Assembly (NCBI RefSeq): GCF_009914755.1
Contig: NC_060925.1
Length of the DNA: 64,000 bases
Reading direction: 5' to 3' (one strand)
Source: the human T2T-CHM13v2.0 reference genome, Homo sapiens
Shown here: positions 63,101-64,000 of the stretch, in pieces
Numbering within the stretch: position 1 is the first letter of the stretch
How the letters are laid out: the number at the start of each line of letters is the position of its first letter
Translations under genes and position numbers: made by a program
The notes under the pieces: model-generated
Seen by the model: the letters and a program-made list of their open reading frames with translations, nothing else
What the model was told of the DNA's origin: nothing
Database searches by the model: none

Positions 63101-63975
63101 TTTTTTGTGTGTGTTAATGCAAATGGTATTTGTGTTTTTCATTTTAAATTTCAATTGATCATTGCAGTTGTATAAAAAAAGTTGACTTCTGTATGTTAAC
63201 GTTGTGGCCTGCAACTTTGCTATAATTGCTTATTTCCAGGAATTTTGTCAATTCTTGCAGATTTTCTTCATAGGAAATGGTATCATCTGAGGACAAAGAA
63301 TTTTATTTCTTCCTTCTCAACCTGTACACCCTTTATATCCTTTTCTTGTCTTATTCTGTTAGATAGAACTTCCAGAGCAATGCAGAATATAGTGAGAGAG
63401 AATACCCTAACCTCATTCCCAATTTTAGGGGAAAATCATCTAGTTTCTCACCATTAAGTATAATGTTAGCTGGATATTTTTTGGTGATGTTCTTTATCAA
63501 ATTGAAGAAGTTCTCTACTCCTACTTTTCTGAGAGGTTTTATCATAAATTGGTTTTGAATTTTGCCAAATGCTTTTTCTGCATCTATCAGTATTATAATT
63601 TTTCTTCTTAGCCTGCTGATATGATGAATTAATTGATTTTTGGTATCAAACCAGCCTTACATACTCAGAATAAATACTATGTGGCCATGATTTATAGTTG
63701 CTTTTATACATCGTTGGATTTATTTTGCTAATATTTCTTGAGGAGTTTTGTGTCTCTGTTCGTGAAAGACATTGGTTCATAATTTTTTTTTTCTTGTAAT
63801 GTCTCTGGTTTTTTTGGTATTAGGGTAATGCTGGCTTCATAGAATGAGTTCAGAAGTATTCCCTCTGCTTCTATTTTCTGGAAGAGATTACAGGGTATTG
63901 GTATAATTTCTTTCTAAGATATTTGGTAGAATTTTCCAGGAAAACTATCTAGGACTATTGTTTTCTCTTTTGAAA
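60197..63975 (-). mobile_element. Old L1M ORF2 fragments (~60197-62260, ~63040-63975), interrupted by an MLT2 LTR and other sequence
   Basis: Antisense L1 motifs; ORF 63351-63545(-) KYPANIILNGEKLDDFPLKLG is L1 RT-like. Confidence 0.85.
61192..61733 (-). mobile_element. MLT2A-type (HERV-L) solo LTR
   Basis: tgtattagtttggggttctctagag ... aaccatcaca; near-TSD ggttc/gcttc. Confidence 0.88.
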
Positions 63976-64000
63976 GGATGTTCAAGCTCAGTCGCCCCCG

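Overview
Primate (human-like) genomic DNA, consistent with the ZP4 locus (human 1q43). The only intact host protein-coding gene is ZP4 (zona pellucida glycoprotein 4) on the minus strand. I reconstructed all 12 coding exons by hand (27865 to 19733; 1623 nt = 540 aa + stop, all introns GT-AG), plus a TATA box, E-boxes and a stop codon embedded in the AATAAA signal. The rest is mostly interspersed repeats: Alus, L1, L2, MIR, MaLR/ERV LTRs and Tigger/hAT elements. The most unusual structure is a HERV-K (LTR13/HML-4-type) element at 52503-57227, built as 5'LTR-PBS-gag-INVERTED sister LTR. Both host junctions are U3 ends and are flanked by a near-perfect 6-bp target-site duplication (TSD). pol and env are absent and pro is cut off just after the frameshift site. 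The capsid-nucleocapsid frame is still open and is closed by a stop plus AATAAA supplied by the antisense LTR. The two LTRs share a ~350-bp perfectly homogenised tract, suggesting gene conversion or inversion of the gag cassette. Repeat subfamily names are from recalled consensus sequences and boundaries of old repeats are approximate.
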